Assembly: GCF_006345805.1 (NCBI RefSeq)
Contig: NC_042999.1
Coordinates: 93,620,001-93,684,000, forward strand
Direction of reading: 5' to 3'
DNA from: Octopus sinensis
Lineage: Eukaryota
Length of the DNA: 64,000 nucleotides
Below, one piece after another: positions 26,734 to 40,980 of the stretch; positions within the stretch are counted from its first letter, which is position 1; every line of letters starts with the position of its first letter. Position numbers and translations under genes: made by a program. Under the pieces are notes generated by a model that worked only from the letters and a program-made list of their open reading frames with translations, was not told the DNA's origin and did no database searches.

Positions 26734-27167
26734 CCTGTCCAGCAGACCAAAAAACTTCTTTCCTTCTTCTTCCCTCTGCCTTCCCTTCTTTCTCTTTAGC
26801 AATCAGCTCAGATACAAACACACACACACACACACACGCACACACACACACATACACACATGCACACATCTTCTCCCTCTCACTTTCTCCTCATCCACCT
26901 CACCCTCTTGTACTGTCTTACATTCCTCCCCATCACAACGAGAAACTATAAAATGATTAAAATCCCCAGCAAAGGAACTTATTTTCATTTGAAAACCCCA
27001 CTAGAATGGGAAAAAGCGCTAATGAACTAAGTGATATGATATATATGTAAAAAATGTAATATATAAATAAATATCTGTAAATACAAACCATCCGATCTTC
27101 TGATTACCTCATTTCTTCTAATATATAATACCTGTACATCATCTCCAAACCTGCCAATACAAATATT

Positions 27168-27203
<36 letters not shown>

Positions 27204-29204
27204 AATATTTATATATATATATATACATATATACATAAACACACACAAACACACCTACATAGACGCACACATACACACATATACAAACATATAATATATG
27301 TTTCACGTGTTTATCTTGAAACCTATATTTCGAGTTTAGTTTAGTTACATGCATCTAATATCATGTAACAGTGTGCCACATGGTCACAGCAGTTGAAGAG
27401 AAATCTAGTTGTTTGGGGGAATGACTAAGGCTCTGTTGGACGAGTGACACGGAATTGTCCAGGAATATATAGACAAATATTAAATGCAGCATTGTGTTGT
27501 AATAGAACACGTCCAAACACCTGACCTGACTTGTAGTCACATGTAATGACATCACAAATGTCATTTGTAGTGCCTAGGCGAGTATAGCTCTTTTCTGAAA
27601 TAGTCCTACTAATATGATTTTATTAATATTTTGATGAGTTGATGCTCTGCTTTCTGTTAGTAACTACGGGTCTACAGTATTGTTACATAGTAGTTGGGAG
27701 GGAAGATTAAAATAATTTATTTTATAAATTAGTTTTTTTTTAATCAGCTGTGTTGAAGTAAACTTTAGTATATTGAAGTACATTGTGTCATATTTAAATA
27801 TTTATTTGTTTGGGGATGAAAACATTATTTTAACACTTTTCCACTGCTAAGACGCAATTGTTGACTTGTAAATCTTTAATATATTTACTCGCATACAAGG
27901 ACATAAGCTGGCGGAATCATAAACTCGCTGGAAACATTTATGAAAGGGCTGCTTTAAAATTTCACACAAAACAAGACAGTTTCTTTCTCAGAAGAATTAC
28001 TTTGTACTTTTGGAAAACAGATGCCATGATTCTACATAATGCTGAAAACAATGATGATGATAATGATGATGATGGCTTTGGTAGTAGTGGTAGTCCTGGG
28101 GTGGCAATGGTGAGATTAATGATGATGTTGTTTTGAATAAACAGAAGTTAAGGAAATGAGTGTTAATTTTGATGCTGATCAGTGGTAAAAGAGGTAATAC
28201 TTTGATGAGAACGTTATATTTGTTCTTTAGTGTGTGTGTGTGTTTTTAGCATGAATTTTTGGGGCAACAAAAACGTACAGAATTGCGATGAAAATATTTC
28301 AAATGACAGAATATATAAAAGATGTAGAAAAGGGTGCGTGGAAAGACAATAAATAGAATGAGCACCTTGAAAAACTATTCTCAGCAATTTGATGACATCA
28401 GATATATAAAACGCTTGGATATGGGTTCAAAGATACAACATTATAATGCCATTTTCACGTGCCCTCATATACATTCACGTGCCTTGAATCATAATGGTTT
28501 TCAAAACAGCATTTCTCGAGATTTTAGCGTTTCATGTGTTTATGTAATAGATCCCTTGATGCTGCTCTTAACAACAAATTCTTAATGAATGAGATACAGA
28601 GAACAGTTCATATTTCCCAACTATACAGGATTAAGATGTTAAGAATGGTGTGCATTTTCCAAAAAACACAGCATTATGAAAATATGGAGTTTGTGACAAA
28701 TTTATCAAAACGTGTATTTAGTGAACAATGCCCTATGATCAAAGTCATTTTTGCTTTGTGCAATGAGTTTGCACAACTTAGGTGTTTGTCACGGATGCCC
28801 TTTAAATATATTTCTTAAGACGGAAAAACGTCTTAAGGGGATTTGGCATTATCACTAGCTGGTTAAGAAATAAATAGCGTAGGTCGTGGCCAATGCAAAT
28901 AGAACTTACCAAAGGGCATTAATGTTGAAACTGACATAGGAAATAGAAACATGTACACATTACGCTGTAGTTGATGTCAATCTTCAGTTAGTAGCACTAG
29001 AGTATGCAGAAAATTAAATAATGTAAAGAAAGAAAGCATTCCGATCGTTACGATCTTCATCTGAATAATAAATAGCTGATTCAATGTGTTACCTCCCCCT
29101 GTATTCACACACGTACGCACGCGCGCGCACACATACATACACAAACACACATACGCGTATATATAAAGAGAGTGATATTTAAGATAGACATATATATGTA
29201 TATT

Positions 29205-29420
29205 CGAAGTTCATCATTAGTGACGAAATCTGGTGCTACAGAATTTGCAGATGTGGAAGAGGTGAAGAACAAAATGATGGAGGTGTTAAAAGGCATCATT
29301 TCGCAAGAGTAACAACATTGCTTCGAATATTGGAGAATACTTTGAAGGCGATAAAATTGTAAACATGTAAAACTAAGTGAACGAAATAATATTGCAGAAT
29401 TCCGGTTTCTTATGGGTATA
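29205..29420 (+). mobile_element. Internally deleted mariner 3' fragment
   Basis: FIISDEIWCY (first catalytic D motif, compare ITGDETW.Y) is joined directly to FADVEEVK..GEYFEGDK, followed by a TIR-like aattccggtttcttatgggta. Confidence 0.6.
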
Positions 29421-29544
29421 TATGTATACGTTTTGCAAATACATATGATTATATATGTATTACTTATGTATGTACTTATGTATGTATGTATGTATGTATG
29501 TATGTATGTATGTATGTATGTGTGTATGTATGTATGTATGTATC

Positions 29545-29760
29545 ATGCGCGGGGACATAGAAATAATCGGACTGAATAACCGATCGCGCGGTTAAACCAT
29601 TGGGAGTGAAGGACTCCTAGCCTTTGTTAGGGCATCCTTCTAGGAGAAGGTAACTCAGGTTACTGGGATAACTCTGACATAAAACCTGCGGCTGAGTGGT
29701 TACCGATGATGTTGACTTGTTCTACTTTTCGGATTATGGCGAACAAACAACGCAGAAACC
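29545..29760 (+). mobile_element. RTE-type 5' UTR-like fragment
   Basis: gggcatccttctaggagaaggtaactc resembles the ggcaacc.gtctaggagaaggaaaactc motif of RTE 5' UTRs (recalled, not searched). Confidence 0.4.
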
Positions 29761-30289
29761 TTATTTATATATATATTTATTAGACGCATAGTTCTGTATT
29801 CCTATCCTTAGCTTAGACATCGAAGTAGAATTAGTTAAATTGCTTTATCACACACACACGCACGCGAGCAAAAACACACACACACACAAACACACAAACG
29901 CACGCGTGCACACACACACGCATGCGCGCGTACACACTCACACGCACACATATAAATAGTGGTTCTCTACTTCTTATGCAGCATCTGACCACTTCCTGTA
30001 CCTAGCTTTCTGTAAGCTTCGTATGAGCTGAGGTTCAAGGACTGAGAAAGAAGTGTACTGCCTAAATTTTGTTTTTCTAAAAGTAGATCATGAATTTCTG
30101 GTGAATTGTCTGAAAATCAGTTACCGGACTTACGCGATTTAAATCCCACTGACGAACTCGCAGCCTGAAATACTTTTGTTTTGAAATCTTCCCATAGATG
30201 GCGGTGTCCCAGCAAAATGGCGGTGCCCCAGCATGGCCACAGCTCATGGGCTGAAACTGGAATCAATCAATCAATCATAGATAGTTTGG

Positions 30290-31600
30290 GTCACGATTGA
30301 TACTATCTATAGCATCGTGGAATCTTTGCAATTTGCTTGGTAATGTGAAGTTTGCAACATTTAACTTTTTGGGTACCAGACCAGATTGACGACTTTTAGG
30401 CATTATAGAAAATTTTATTTTTCCTCCGGATAGACGAAGGTCAGTCCCGTTCTCTGCTCGTCTAATGGCCCGAATGCCTTCTGATCAAAATATAATCTAT
30501 GATATGCCAGTTCTTAGATCTTGGGTAAATCCAGGTGGCCTTATATTAATTTTTCTTTTTAAACAGAATGCTGGCTGCGACCAGATTATTCTCAGCATAA
30601 AACGTTAAAAGAGCTACTCCATTTTTATTACATTTTCCAATCCCATGAAACCTGCCATTTCCAACTCTTGCGTTAAAATCTCCCAATATGATCAGCCTGT
30701 ACTTTCCTCAATAACTGTGCTAGATCGACATAAAACTATCTTACAGTTTCATCAGAATGAATACTGACAACGATAAGAAACCTATATTTTGTCAGTTTTA
30801 TACGGTATGACATGGTTCGTTCAGATGTACCACTTGGAAATTCTGTAATGGAGGATACTAATAAATTCTTGAGAGCAAACCCAACACCAGATTCTCTACG
30901 CCGACCCTCATGTAGGCCTCCCCAGAAGATAGTATATCCATAAGTGTTGCTGTCTGTGCTTTCTCGAGCCATGCCTGGCTCCCAAGGGCCGATTTCCCAG
31001 TCTCATTGGCGTATAGGTACTCCACCTCGACGGGACGCCGGTCTATCTCAGGTGCGCTGCTAGATGCAAGAGGAAAATGTGAGAGAAAGTTGTGACTAAA
31101 GAGTCAGCAGGTCCGCCGTTACCTTCTGCTGAAGTTGCGTGGAGCTTAGGTGTTTCACTCATAAACACACACATCGTCTCGTCTGAGATTCGAACCCGCG
31201 AACCCTCGACCGCAAGTCCGCTGCTCTAACGATTCGGCCATATGCCTCCACATATCTGTAAGTAAGTTCATTTATTTGACTCCCGCCAGAGAGATGAGTT
31301 TCAGAGAGCACAACTGTATAAAGGGTATATATTTTAAGCTCACATGCAATTAGTGAAGTCCCCCATCTGGCCTCTTGTTGAATTTATCATCAAGAAGGTG
31401 CGCATATTCCAACATCCAAAATTCATAGGATGGTTATTTTTGCTTTTTCTTGAAAATATTTGACCACAGTAATAGGATGATGACCGGGCCCGGTCTGTTA
31501 CACATAGGGATGCCTGCTGAGCCAGACCTGTTCCCCTGATGTTCCCAACCATTTTGCCATTTACTGATTCTGTTTGAGACATTTTACAGTAAGTTACAGG
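30290..31600 (-). mobile_element. RTE-clade LINE 5' fragment (APE endonuclease), interrupted by a SINE
   Basis: NFGCWNMRT; ELKIYTLYTVVLSETHLSGGSQINE; then, beyond the SINE, GYTIFWGGLHEGRRRESGVGFALKNLL..SERTMSYRIKL. Confidence 0.85.
30975..31253 (-). mobile_element. tRNA-derived SINE (family C)
   Basis: Head tgtggaggcatatggccgaatcgttagagcagcggacttgcggtcgagggttcgcgggttcgaatctc carries A-box and B-box motifs, followed by a non-tRNA body. Confidence 0.8.
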
Positions 31601-32435
31601 TGTATTTTTATTTTTCTGCCCACCAATTCAATGATTTTACTAAGATTTGGTATACAAGAAGTACCTGTGCAGTTGTATATTTTTCAGTGGGTGTAGCTTA
31701 CAATGCACTACCCCCACCTATTGGCCCAAGAAGACTTTCGCCGGTGTGACATGAAAATTCCTAATACCAGGAACTTGCAACTCCTCAGGTATTATTTTGG
31801 AGATTTTCTCTGAGGTAGATTACCAACTAAGGTTAAAGAGCTTCTACCATGAGTTAAACTATTCCGTTCCGGACACCAAACCGACATATAAACGCTCTAT
31901 AAAGTGATCAAATATTATTCCGGTGTCCGACATGGAGTAGCTCATTCAAACATAAAATGTAAGACATGTGATTTTAAAATATAAATAGGATTTACATATA
32001 AATAATTTATATATATATAAATATAAACTACAGATCTGTGTGTTTTTGCTTTACACGCAAAAACGGCTTGACCAATTTCTTCCATACTTGTGTTGCATGA
32101 ATAATTTGACCATGGACAAATATTAGGCTCTTCAGTTGATTTTTTTAATTAGAAATAAATAATATTGCTTAATATATATGATTCACTTTTTTAAAAAAAG
32201 GCTTCTCAATGTTAACTTCCGGTATTGATGTAGGAACGGCAAAAAACTTCACTCTCAATTTGGATGCTTTCACTTCAAGTTTTAATTCACTATTTGCAAA
32301 CAAGTACGATAAATTAGTGAAAGAAATATTTACTAAGTTCACAAGTTTAAACATTCGGTACAAGAGCCTTTTTTGTACGACTTTTTCACCTCATATTTAT
32401 TTTATTCATTTTTCGCGATATTCTCTCTCACCCTT

Positions 32436-32472
<37 letters not shown>

Positions 32473-32939
32473 AGCAAAACATACACATCTGTTTTTGTAA
32501 GCAAGTTTGTATACATTTATGTATGTGTGTGTGTTTGTGTGTGTGCGTGTGTGCGTGTGTGAGAGAGAGTTAAGGGGTGTGTTGTCATGTATACGTACAT
32601 ATATAAATACATATGCATACAGTGTGTGTGTGTGTGTTTGATGTCTAAGTGGCATTCACTCTCTCCTTCTCATACGCACAGGCACACACACAAAAAGGTG
32701 AATGCATATTTATTTACGTAGGTACATATACATGACAACGCACCACTTCTCTCTCTCTCTCTCACTCACGTCTATTACATCTGATGTTTGATACTCTGTG
32801 TGTGTGTGCGCGCGCGCGTGGGGCGTTCAACAATCGCCATATATTTCATTTACTCTTGTGAAGATATTCGCGTGACTCATTTTAAAATTTAATCCCCATT
32901 TTAATTTTCGTAAATGTTTCCAAGAACAATGTTCTCACT

Positions 32940-33260
32940 CTACAAGAGGAGTCGGAGTAGATGTAGATGAGCAGTATTCTACTGTGAAGCAGAGATTACT
33001 ACAGGTAGCCAGAGTCAATGTTGGATGCTGCAACTCTGTTAACTCTATCAAGTATGGTTGGAAATATATAAACAAAGGTTTAGATGCTGCAGAATGTCTG
33101 TCAGCTGATAAATAAAAATGACGAAGATGCACAGTATGACCAAGGCTTTTTGTCTCATCTTCATTTTTCCCATTCATGAGAGGCACACAGCCATCATTCA
33201 TCTGAGTGTTCTTCCAGAGAAGGACCACAGGATTATCGTTACAAAACAAATAACCTTGCA
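32940..33260 (-). mobile_element. RTE-like LINE 3' fragment
   Basis: MNDGCVP...KSLGHTVHLRHF resembles RM.DGR.PK..LYGEL..GKR..GRP.LR. Confidence 0.45.
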
Positions 33261-33379
33261 ATAAACACTTTCTTCAAAAGAAACTGGCCTTATTGCCTTT
33301 TTAAGGTCGCATCAAGTAGATGAAAATACAAGAACCCTCCTTTACACACAATTGCCCAAGTATTACACGTGGAGAAACA

Positions 33380-33720
33380 ATAAATAGCACAAGAGGAAAT
33401 GGTGGGGCTGTTGCTCTTGCAAGAGTTTACAGTGTTTCCCCCACCGCAAGAGAAGCAGAAAGCTATTACTTATGCCTCCTTTTGCATGAAACACGTGATT
33501 CCAAATAATTCCAAGGAGTGGAATGAATCGAGGAGGGTAGATGGTCCTGTGTGTGAAACTTATAGGGAAGCATGCTATCAACAAGGTTTTTTTTTAAAAA
33601 TGATATACATTGGGACCTTGCATTGACTGAAGCATTTGTATCGGATTCTCCAAGGAAACTCAGTAACGTTTTTCCAATTATACTGAATATGTGTCAAATT
33701 GGCAGTCTCCTACAGCTCAT
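33380..33720 (+). mobile_element. Helitron Rep/helicase fragment
   Basis: LARVYSVSPTAREAESYYLCLLLHETR, then RRVDGPVCETYREACYQQG and HWDLALTEA. These match the Helitron Rep C-terminal motif (frameshifted). Confidence 0.75.
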
Positions 33721-33879
33721 ATTATGTGGACATGGCTAAAGACTTAAAATATGCAGTTCATACTTCATGCTAAGTGCGGCTTAGCAACCCTCATGAAACC
33801 CCAACTCAAGGACTACAATGTTAAATTTGATTCAAGTGTTGCCAGGTATGCGAGTAAGAATACCAGAGTTAAGAAATGG

Positions 33880-36150
33880 AGCAGATAAGATCTGGGCTAC
33901 TCATGTTTCATAGCGAGCGGAACATCGTATGTGGTAAATATTCAAGTGAGGTGTATACTACAGGCTGCTCGTCAGGTCAAGGGTATCTTGAATGAATGTA
34001 AGTTTACATTTTGTAAGGAGGTACATGTTAACGCATTCGATCACAACGTGCAGAGAGCACAACAAGAGAGGAGAATATAAATGTAGAGAGAAATTAGGCA
34101 TACATTTAAAAAAAAATAATAGAGAAGAATGCAAGGAATAAAAACATAAGGCAGTGACAAGAAAGAGGAATTTAAGCAAGTCACTTGACCGTTAGATTTA
34201 AATAGGGCTATTTTGGCCGAATCATAGAGATTAGCAAGGGGAATGGTATTTGAAAAAAGATATTGTAGTGGGAAGAGGATGGTGAAATATTTGGTCAAGA
34301 GGGAGAAAAAGTATACATGAAGAGTTGGTGTAGTATTAGAGATGGAAATCAAAAGAGATTGGGGACGAATTGTAGCGACCACTACTATCAAGTAAGGGAC
34401 GTAAATTGTGTGCGTCGAGTGGGTTTACAGTATGAAGTAGTAGAGGTAGATGTGGGTGTATTACTTGTAAGTTAACAAAGCGGGATAGGAGGGGAAGCAG
34501 GTGAAATTAAATAAAAATGGTTATAAAGGCAAGGAAAGATAAAGACAGAAGAATATAAACGACAATAAAGAATTATAGGGAACAATGGGTCTACATTGGT
34601 GGTTTAATGAATAGTGGTAGTGAGGGTAAATAATGGGGTGGGGAGTTTACGAAGGCAAGAGGAAAAAATGCGTAGCGGGAGGGGATTTGTTATTCATATT
34701 TTGAAAATAGAATTAGTGATCAATGTTTGCAGGTGAAAACTGAGTTCATTAAGACAACCCGCGGATTGCATAATAGCTAAGACCTCTTCTATGCAGAGAT
34801 CACACTTGCTATGCTATCCGCTATATCGTTTGGCGTGGGTGACTCTCGACCCCGTGAAAGTGTAAGGAGATGAATCAATCTTTAGTTTATGGATAAGCTT
34901 AGATAAAGTTATACTGCTGGATTTTGTTTGCGACTTGAAACTGGAGTAGCGGTTGCTCCCTCTAGCTTTGAAAGTGGTGCTGCTCGAGTCGATATATATA
35001 TAGTTACAGCTGGCAGCTGATACTGTACACTTGTAAATGTTTCTTGTGAGACAGCGATTATTAAAAATACAGGAGGTGTGGCGTCTGAAGCTGGATAGGT
35101 TGTTAGGGGGTGTTCCAGATGAATTTGTGAGGAGATTGTTATTTAGCGAGGAACCGGAGTTACGTTTGTTATTGGTGGTGGCTTTAAGATTAGTGTTTGC
35201 TAGGGAGTTGAGTGCGGTCTTGTGGGGTTGTATAGTCCGGTAGTTATCATGTCCAACGGTACCGTCTGTATCGTTCTTTATTTTTACATGCGGTATAATT
35301 AGGCGAAGTGGTAAATTTAAGGATCGGGTGGTAGTAGTGAAATTATTGTTGGAGTTAGAATGGTTAGTGTTGGTAAGACACTTGGGATTGATAAGTATGG
35401 AGATGGGGGAATATGCTGAGTTATGTTATTAGGGTGGTGGTTAGCTGATTATGAATTTCTGAGTTTCTTGTTGTTCCGATGTCTGATTATTCCGCCAATA
35501 TTGGTGGTGGTGGTGGTAGTGGAGTAGGATAATTTTATAGATTGAAGGTTGAATATTTTTCTAAGGTTGTTAGATTTAGAGAAATGTCCTTCGAATAGGG
35601 CGAAGAAGGTTTTAGGTACGCGAGTCTGGACAACGAGGGCGAAGGGCTGAGTGGGGTGGGACCAGATGACACCCAAGGTTCCTTTTCGTTTAATCCGATT
35701 GGGGTGACGGGGTGCGGATTGGGCTTTGAACGTGCACCCTGGTCTGTTTCGGTGAGTTGCGATATATATAGAAGTTGGGGTCATCTGGGTTGTTTCTTAA
35801 ACAGGCTGTTACTCTGAAATTTAGACGTGTATTGGAGTAGTGGGATAGGGTGGATTTTGCATTCATTTTATGGGAGAACAGAACTGGTTTAGGTTCTGGC
35901 TTTAGTGGAGGGAGGAATATTCCACATGGTGATATATTTGATTCAGTTTTTATAACCGGCGCGTTCTAGGCACAATTGTAAAATTCTGCATATTGATCGA
36001 AAAATTCCTTATTGGCAGATAGTGAGGACATCCGGTAGGAAACGTTTTCTATGATAAATTTTAGTACCGATGGGAGGGGTTGGAGGAGGAGTTCGTGTAG
36101 TTAAATTTTCTCTAGATTTGTTATATGGGTAGAAGGTTCCGTGTTACATG
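33880..36150 (-). mobile_element. Penelope-like element: RT thumb, GIY-YIG endonuclease and long pyrimidine-rich 3' region
   Basis: TFYPYNKSRENL..SN(H)PP..RMSSLSANKEFFDQYAEFYNCALERAGY; FFALFEGHFSKSNNLRKIFNLQSIKLSYS; YKCTVSAASCNYIYIDSSSTTFKAR..KCDLCIEE. Confidence 0.85.
33890..33985 (-). ncRNA. Possible decayed type I hammerhead ribozyme motif
   Basis: Minus strand CTGACGA-GCAGC-(~50 nt)-GCTAT-GAAAC-ATGA-GTA. Stem II pairs 4/5 with one G.U; stem I is poor. Confidence 0.33.
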
Positions 36151-36729
36151 TATCGGTTTCGTGTTACGTGCAAAAAAGTGGCAGTCTTAACGTTGATACA
36201 GATTGAAATGCTATGGCCGACATAAAAAACTTCTTAATCTTTATATACATATATATAGCCGCAGGCGAATTATAATTAACGGTGCAAAATAACGGCGGTG
36301 CTCCAGCGTGGCCGAAGCGACTAAAAGATAAAAGATATATGTGTGTGTTTAGGAAGTTCTTTGTTATTGCCGGGAGAGGCATTGAGTAACCACTGGTTTC
36401 ACACCTAGAAAGGGCATAGACATATAGGCAACTCTTCAGACTCAAATGGCCGCAGTGCATAACCTCTCTACAACTGGGGAAACAAGTACATCACGATCAG
36501 CTATCTTTGTAGAAAGAAAAATGTATTTGTCAGTGTGATAGGTGTTGCACGCGGTAGGATGTTATCTCCTTGACATCGGTTCAACACGCGATGATATTGG
36601 GAGAAGATTCCGCGGGCCTATTCAAGGAAAGTTGGAACCCAAGCTTTACGTTGTAAATGAGGGCACTGATGGCACGCATTCATAAAAACTTTTAAATCTC
36701 TATCCGTGAAAGTGTTCTCCTTATTAATA

Positions 36730-36761
36730 CATACATACTTTATACATGTGTATATATATAT

Positions 36762-36793
<32 letters not shown>

Positions 36794-36840
36794 ATATATA
36801 TATTATATATATATATATATAGATATATATATATATATAT

Positions 36841-36895
<55 letters not shown>

Positions 36896-36930
36896 TCATA
36901 CACACACTCATATATATATAAACACACACA
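36730..36930. repeat. (TA)n microsatellite
   Basis: Direct reading. Similar arrays at about 37500-37710, 38230-38390, 41930-42080, 43875-44100, 57500-57575 and 60390-60575. Confidence 0.95.
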
Positions 36931-37496
36931 CACACGAACACACGCATATATATATAACTTCTTTTTAAAATGTTTCATCGAATGTATGGGTAATTACCAA
37001 GAAATCAATTACCAGATCAATTCCTTGTAATAATGTTTACTCTGCTTATTGAAATGGAAAATGGACCAATGAAAGTATAGGGGTCATATTGATTTGTATT
37101 CTGAGGTTCACTCTAATACCAAATTTAAGGTGATATTTGACGGTATTTATGCAGAGATCAGTAGCAGCTCCTAATTTATTATTCCTTTCAGAAGAAGCGT
37201 TTTGAAATTAGATATACCATGAAAAGTTATATCATTTTGCAGTATCACATCTGTCAATAATATTAATAATATAGACAGTGTGCATATTTTAGAGATGGAA
37301 ACATAAATATTTGATCAGTTTACAGTTTTCTAGAGCATTGGGATAAATTTCATATTCGCCTTGTTAGTATTTGAGCCATTAGTGAAGGGGAAACAGTACT
37401 CGTTATACTTTGTTCTGCCATAACAAATATACTATAAAGTGTATTGATAAAATACTAACGTTAATGAGCGATAATTATATAGACATTTCACTTTTA

Positions 37497-37568
<72 letters not shown>

Positions 37569-37667
37569 GCATACATGCATGCATGTATATATACATTTAT
37601 GTATATACACATATACATGCATGATGTATATTTATATATATATATATATCTACATGCTTGTATTTAT

Positions 37668-37711
<44 letters not shown>

Positions 37712-37720
37712 GTATCTACC

Positions 37721-37754
<34 letters not shown>

Positions 37755-38236
37755 CATAGATATATATATGGTAACCCCTCATGAATATCTAATCATGGAG
37801 AAATTACTCACTCCTTATATTAGTATAGATGATCAATCAATCTTCTATCTTGTCTGTTTTCTTATTTCTTTATTTCCATCGATTGGCCAGTTCGATACAT
37901 ATTTGATCTCAAACATAATTGCGCTAATAGATAACGGACATATAAAATCTCTAATGACGTATTGAATCTGCTGGCTGAAATTGTCATCATTGTTCTTAAT
38001 TAAGACTTTAGATCTGATAATATCGATAAATAGTGCCTTCTGTTATTGTGGGATGTTCTCTCTCAAAATATATCTTCCCCATCACATACTAAATTAATAG
38101 ATATACTTAATCAAAGAATTTTGTTTTCAGTTGTTGTAGTCAGATGTTGAAAAGTTTCTGTGTTGCTATAGTTTCAATATTCCTCACACATAGATTCACA
38201 CACATATATGCATGTTTGTATTTATGTATGTATATG

Positions 38237-38350
<114 letters not shown>

Positions 38351-40846
38351 CATATATCGATGTATATATATATATATACATATATCGATGTATTAGATAT
38401 ATATGGATGTGTATATCTATATGTAAATATGTTCGTATGTGCAGGTACACATGAGTGCAGATGCATGGAAACAAGTTTACACACATATGATAGTTCACAA
38501 TGACGTCTGCCAAAAACTTGATATACGTTATAAACAGCTAACATAATATAAACAGACGACTATTATGCGAAAAATATGGCGTTTAATAAAACGAAACCAG
38601 CAGCAGTTTGTTACACCATAAAATCAAATCTTCTGGCTGTAATCTCTCTATTGCAGACAAAATATATTTTCAAACTTTTCGGTAATAGATAGTAAACTTT
38701 CGGGGATAAAACTATTTTTAAGTTATGTAAAAATTGCTGTACTAAAATGTGTAATGTATTTTAAAACATTTCTCTTTGATAACTTATTCAAGTGGTTGCT
38801 TTCAGATACGTTTCACAATGCAGCCCAAGTACATTTCTCTCCCATTAACTTTGGTCGATATTTTGCATGTGTGTCTGCCAATACCGTTAATACAGATGAG
38901 AAGCCTTTATCTTTACTATGGCGCAGAAGTTACCGGTATATGAGCAGTCGCTCAGTACTATGGCAGTGACCAGCGAAACTTAAAGTACTTAAAGCAATAA
39001 TGCTGGAGAGAGTAGAATCTGTCAATAAATCACTTTTTAAAGGTTCGAGTGGAGCTGGAGAATTAGAAATTCATTATAATTATCGGAGTTGAATGGCAAA
39101 ATGGAAAACTTTCTTTAAAACACGTCGTTACATTTGTTAAAAATTTCAATATGAAACGTGGTTTCTGCCATTCACTAAATCACTTCAGCACATGCTCTTT
39201 CCCCTTCACTGTCAAAACTCACTTTTACTATTCGTATTAAACCAGTCCGCACATCCATCTTTAGAGGCATGTCCAGTCACTAGAGGCCCAGCAATAGCTC
39301 ACGTTCCAACTCAAATGAATTCTTCCTTACCCGAAATTAACTTATGCCACATATATTCCAACTTAAGGCACTCTTTCAAATGCAAACTCTTTGGTGCATT
39401 TAATACAGAACAAAATGCGGTTGCCTTGCTCATTACTTGTGTAAACACATTCAAAGAACATTACTAAATATTCCATGCTAACCTGTTGTAATTCACTTTA
39501 ACACAACGGATATACTCGTTCATCCACGTGCAGCCTCATATTAAAACAGAACAATGCTAACACCGGGTTTATAGGAATACTTTCCCCTTCTACTCCTTGA
39601 GCCGTTCTAATCATTTTTACATCTTTTTGTTCCTCTGCGGTTTTAATTTATTTTCATTTGTATTACTCTTGTCATCTTCGCTTCTTCTACAGTTAAATGT
39701 TATTTATTCTCCCTCGCTCACGTGGTTTCTTTCTGCACTACACCTTATGCCCATTTAAGTGATTTTTGCCCTTTGCATTAGTCACTAGATTGAATACGAA
39801 GGGCATAAAACTATGGTATCCTTCCAATCACTACCAACTGAGTAGTTACACTTTAGTCCTATAATTTTTCCAAACAATGGAAGTATTACCGACTGTAGGA
39901 AACAACTTTCCCCTTGATATTGTGTTTAGCAGATGCTGCTGTAATGGACACATTATGCTGATGTTTCGTTCTTGCAGATTACTATTGATTCCCAGGCAAC
40001 GTTTGTTTCCATGCTGTTGAAACCGCCAGAAGGAATGGAATAGCCCATGTATCGAAAGAACAGTGATATCCCTTTGGCAGTTGACGAAGGGAACACAATT
40101 TTATTATGCTTATTTGTGGATTTTCACATCTTAGTCCCGTTATTCTTAGTTGTCCTTCATTCTAGTAAATTGGAAAGTGTTTGTGTATTCGTGGCCTGTG
40201 GAGTTTCCTTAATATTAGTTACTTTTCTTCATAGAAAATCTTATGTCTAGTTAATGCTTACATATTGGTGTCTAGTTGTGGGAGCCACTACGGAGTGACA
40301 CACGATGACCGCATCAAAAGACACGAGTAGCTATCTTAGAACAAACTGGTTCTTTGTATGTATTTCCGAAGAAATACGTAACCTCTTATACGAATGGGTT
40401 TCATAATGCATAGTCATAGAAGATCTTCATCGAAATAAAAAGAGGGACATACAGAGCTTTCCTTCCCTGACCTTCGCATAGACACCAATGCGACGCTTTT
40501 TCTTGCATTTAGAATTTATATCAACATTATTTCGTGGAAAGTACAATGTCGAACACATTTAATCTTTCTACATTTCGCTAAAAATAAACTCAGTGAAATG
40601 AAATTTATTTTCTGCTAACAACAATATATGTTTAGCAGTGTATTGCAGCGACAATAATTTCTGAGATTTCTAAAAGAACACGTTCTAAAAGTTTACTTTG
40701 CAATTTACATTAACACACAAACACAGATGCACGCACGAACACATTTATGCATGCATGTTTATAAAAGGAAGGATGTATGCATAACTACTACATTTCCTCA
40801 GAGGCAAAAGTATCTGATTTTACCACATAGGTTAATGCTATACATG

Positions 40847-40909
<63 letters not shown>

Positions 40910-40911
<2 letters not shown>

Positions 40912-40980
40912 ATGTCTTGTCCTTTTTTTGTATCACCTAATTGTCTGGATGTTTTGCGTTCTTCTCCCATGTTGTATTTT
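40910..40980 (-). repeat. About 70-bp stub of a (TA)n-embedded repeat family
   Basis: Its reverse complement aligns with 48168-48235 and with the start of the 813-bp unit at 53321. Confidence 0.75.

Noticed and set aside
28334-28818. Two overlapping plus-strand ORFs that might be a hAT or piggyBac remnant
   Set aside because: No diagnostic motif recognised.
31180-31253. tRNA-like sequence with A and B boxes
   Set aside because: It continues into a SINE body and lacks a proper acceptor stem, so it is a SINE head rather than a tRNA gene.
38700-40300. Possible MULE transposase relic on the minus strand
   Set aside because: Only isolated two- or three-residue resemblances with many stops; not supportable without an HMM search.
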